A stretch of 63,184 nucleotides of DNA, the filler included. It is 12 parts of 12 records of this genome, joined end to end, with 100 filler letters (N's around TTAATTAATTAA, not from the genome) between each part and the next. Parts side by side here need not be neighbours in the genome. Positions count along the whole stretch, not along the records: positions 59,414 to 63,184 come from SRR11831586_309; 11 more parts are not named here. One strand, given 5' to 3'. Positions 59,447 to 63,184 of the stretch are shown piece after piece (the stretch's first letter is position 1; each line of letters opens with the position of its first letter). The translations under genes were made by a program, and so were the position numbers. Below the pieces are notes generated by a model. That model searched no databases. It was not told where the DNA came from and worked only from the letters and a program-made list of their open reading frames with translations.

Positions 59447-62400
59447 AAGCCATGTTCATGTAAAACAGCTTGGTCCATGTATCGATGCCGCTGCACCCCG
59501 GATGAGACGAGCTGAGATCCGCGACGAAGAGACCCAAGAAGATGCTGATGTTCTGCACAAAGACAGGCAGCCGGCTCACCGAAACGGTGTTGGTGACCCA
59601 CATCGTGCTGTACACAGATTGAAAACGAGTGTTGTTAGGTCGCAAACACTGAACAGGCGGAGGAGCGCGTACCGGAAGCCCATCAGCACAAACTGTACGT
59701 TCGTGACGGCGTTCTTCTCCAGGAAGACCAACACAATCACGAACATGGTGAGCATGAAGAACTGCAAGAACACGAGCAACGCCAGCACTTGTGGGCTCTC
59801 GCACTCGGCACACGATCCTCCGGCGTCGTAGTAACCGGATGCGCACTGCTGACAGAAATCGCCCGCGTAACCAACACCACAGACCGGGAAGCGGCCGCCC
59901 ATGCATCGTTGTTCGGCTGGCTCGGCGCATCGGAACACCACGCCCGAAAACTCGTTGTACGTCCACCAGCCTCGTGCGGGCCAGATGCGGTTGCCACCGG
60001 GACAGACAGCGCCTTCCGGACACACGCGACAGTTGAGACCGTACCCGACCCACCCTGCCACACACCATTAGCAAGCGGCTCAGTAGGGCACAATCGTGCA
60101 GATGCTCAAATAAAACAGGTCGCTAGGAACGTACCGACCCAAGGGCAGTCAGCGCTGTAAAACACGGCGTCGCGCATGATCTGGTACCCCCCGTCCGAGT
60201 TGAGGATGGTCACGTCAAAGTACGAGGTCCGATTGATGGCAGGTGTGTGGAAAGTCATCCGCCACAGGTGTCCGTGACCGGCCGCAGAGACGTTGCTCAT
60301 CGATGGCATGACCGTCACGGCGTCCACGTTGGTCATGGTGACGTTGATACACTCGAACTGGCTGACAAACACGCGGGCGTCGTAGAGGACATCGTCTGCA
60401 GCATGCGAAACACACCCGCTCGTTAGACGCACCGCGTTGGATTGAAGAGAAGACAGCCAGCAGATCGATGTAGCAAATAAAGCATACAGGCTTGCAGGGT
60501 AGTGTTGGCGCCGGGAAGAGGCATAAGCTCCGGTGCTATCGAAGCAGCGCGCGGCCAGTATACGTCTCGGTTGAGCACCTTGAGCGTGGATGTGCGTACG
60601 TAGTTGGGATCCGCACTGCTCGCACTGATTGCAACATCCGCATACACATCGCTCGTGGCGTTATGCTTGATCCCTACACAGTGCACAGAAGGCAATGAAA
60701 ATCTGATTCACGACGCACAAGGAGCCTCGTAATCAGCAATGCGGTGTGTACGCGTCATACCGACTGCGGTGAATGTGACTGGCACCGTCCACGATGCAGG
60801 CGTCACGGTGACCGTGGACGTTGTCCAGCGCACGGCTGTAGGATCTGCGTACACAGACAGCTGCACATTTGCCACGGGTTTTGTGGCCAGGCGCACCGTG
60901 ACAGCATCCATGGTCCCTGTCTCATTCACAATGAGCATGGACTTGGTCAGGTTGAGACCCGCATAGTCCTCGTTCACGTTGATCATGGGGTGGAAGATGG
61001 GGTACCCGCCTCCGACAATCGAGTCCACGGCCACCGAAACAACCACCGAGAAGGGCAGGCCTGCGCCCGTGTCAACAAAATCGCGTCTCGGGTGGATATC
61101 GAACAGAAACAGAGTGCCCAGGTCTGCGTTGGACATCTCCACCGAGGACGGGGTGATGGTTGCAACGTTGGGGTCTGTGGTGGACACCGACATCACCGCA
61201 CGCGATGAGGAGAACAAGAGAGGACGCGCAAGCACCGCATAGATCTGAGATCCTGCTCCCGATTCATAGACACTGGAGACGCGCGGAGCAGACGCTTGCA
61301 CGGCGGTGGCGCCGTCGTTGTCGAGCACCAGGATAGGGACGGAGGGTTGAGTGGCGTCAACGACGTAATCAGTAGGGCATGTGACCGTTGGCACAACTGT
61401 GGTCCATGAGGGCGGTTCCACGGCGGTGTTGTCCACAGCCAGCACGGATACTCGTTGCGATATGTTCCATGTGTCGGGGGTGAATGTGAGCCCAGGGGTC
61501 AGCAGCGCGAGGTAGGTCGGGCCTGGGGTGAGAGCAAACGTGACCGTGACGTTGGCGACGGGGATGCATGACAGCGAGAACAGGAAGGAGCTGTTGAAAG
61601 ACTCGATCAAGCGGAACCCGCCCACCGCTGCCAGCTCAGAGCCGGCAAGGGCTCCCGATAGGAGCTGCAGTCCTGCACGATCGTTGTCGAACCGTGTCAG
61701 AGCCACGGTTCCGGAGAAGCTCTGGAGGTAGGGATCGGAGCTGTCGGAGGGCCCAAACGTGACCACACACGCCTGGTTGCCCATAGCAATGTCGTCATCC
61801 ACGATCGAGAGGGAAAAGTTGACGGAGGACTGTGTGGAGAGCCACATGGCGGGCGTGTAGGTGAGGTTGACTGAGGCGACAGTGGGCACGCTGCAGTTGA
61901 ATGTGACGGGGAAGATCACAGGAGCAGTGGGGCGGGCAGTGAAGGCAAGGCGCAGGATGGGGGGCGTTCCTCCCTCCAGTACGTTCACATTCGTCACGGA
62001 ATGGGTCACAGCTGTACAGACAGAAGTATGAGGCGCCGTGAGAATGGCAACGCAGTGTAGACAACATACCGGCTAGTGAGCGGAACCCGTTCACGAGCGT
62101 GGACCGCCCAAACGACGTCGACTGAACAACCACGTTGCATAGGCCACTGCTGGCCAGAGCCGGTACGGTAACAATCACAGAGGTAGATGTCTGTGCGCCC
62201 AGAGTGGTTGTCACGTTGCAGACCTGCACGCTGGTAATATCGCCCGAGCCCAGGCTAGTGCCCGTAGTCGTGATTGCGTACCCACCCAGTGCTGCTGCGC
62301 TGCTCGGCAACACGCTGGTGATGACACCGGCTGGGTTGTATGTGAAGCCCAAGTTGAGATGGAACGAGCCGTAGTTGAGCGAGTTGATGGTCACATTCAC

Positions 62401-63184
62401 CGCCCCGGGAGAGCTCGCAGCCCCCGACACAGCCACCAGGGAGGTGGATGTGATGGAACCATACGAGACAGTAGACACGGAGCCCAGACGGACGGCGTTG
62501 ATGTCGGTGGGGAAATCAAACCCAACGACCGTGATGACGGTGCCTCCACCCAGCGCGCCCGTGGTCGGTGCCACCGCTGTGATGGTGGGCACGGGAATGA
62601 CCACACGGATATAGGTGAACCCGGCTGTCAGGGTTCCTGCGCCAAACGAGATGGATCGTGTGACAATCGTGCACGGGGTGGAGTCTGTGCCGGCATCGAT
62701 GGTGACTACCACCGCGGTGCTTCCCTGGGACCCGAGTGACAGTACAGGAGTACCGCATACGGTTACCGATGTGATATCGGAGCCGTTGCCGAGATTGGTG
62801 CCTGTGATGGTAAGCTGATAGTTGCCGGGCATGGGTCCTGTGACGGGGGTGACAGCCAGACCAGAGGGGGCTACACGCAAACCGAAATGATTACTTGAGA
62901 CGGATAAGGGATGCATACCGAACACACAAGGAACAATGTCGCGAACATACGGCAAAGTACCGATTGATAATAAATAAAACAATACGTACGCGCATTATAG
63001 GTGTACGACGACGTCTTGATCGCAGTTCCCGCACTGGGTGAGCTGACTTGTACGTTCGCGACCCCGGCAGAGGCCGGCGGTGCAGTGACTATCACCGAAG
63101 ACGTGCTCTGGAACGCCATGGATGGGCATGCAACACCTCCAATCAAAACCTGCGTCACATCGGAGCCGTTCCCAAGACTTGTGC
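59447..63184 (-). CDS. Large eukaryotic cell-surface protein: tandem IPT/TIG domains, Calx-beta-like beta-sandwich repeats, Cys-rich juxtamembrane region and TM helices (both ends partial). Exons 63184-62990, 62870-62070, 62011-60761, 60673-60488, 60395-60135, 60054-59673, 59607-59447
   Basis: P..G...GG..ITITGT.LG...FTY IPT repeats; VLDND/IVDDD repeats; CPEGAVCPGG..W..C..C..GYAG..C..C..GYY; hydrophobic LALLVFLQFFMLTMFVIVLVFL. Confidence 0.82.

Overview
This window is not one locus. It is 12 unrelated contigs joined by an artificial 100-bp spacer (44 N + TTAATTAATTAA + 44 N, which gives stops in all six frames). Seven contigs are Escherichia coli chromosome that looks like K-12: cpdB'-ytfH-qorB-ytfF-ytfE-cycA-fklB; yfaZ-yfaY-rhmRDTA-ypaA; dgcE-alkA-yegD-yegI-yegJ; truD-surE-pcm-nlpD-rpoS-ygbN-ygbM; mgtA-mgtL-treRBC-nrdD; yeaG-mipA-yeaE; aspU-dkgB-yafCDE-mltD-gloB-yafS-rnhA-dnaQ-aspV. 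Five contigs (37714-45554 and 53738-63184) come from an unidentified intron-rich eukaryote with GT-AG introns and the standard code. By hand-splicing I could rebuild these eukaryotic genes: an organellar-type release factor RF1 (GGQ), a Nup62/Nsp1 last exon, a secreted GH114 glycosidase with a Pro/Thr/Glu stalk and acidic tail, an ARM-repeat gene divergent from a signal-peptide TPR gene, a helical-repeat gene built from phase-1 symmetric exons, and a large IPT/TIG plus Cys-rich multi-pass membrane protein. The most likely source is a eukaryotic (protist-like) draft assembly carrying E. coli prey or cloning-host DNA. The E. coli part shows apparent strain markers: an IS1 end in the last codons of cpdB, rpoS codon 33 = CTG, and probable G>A missense changes. 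I found no convincing new multi-gene system; the best leads are the eukaryotic GH114 architecture and the IPT-domain receptor. All gene identities and comparisons with MG1655 come from recall, not database searches.
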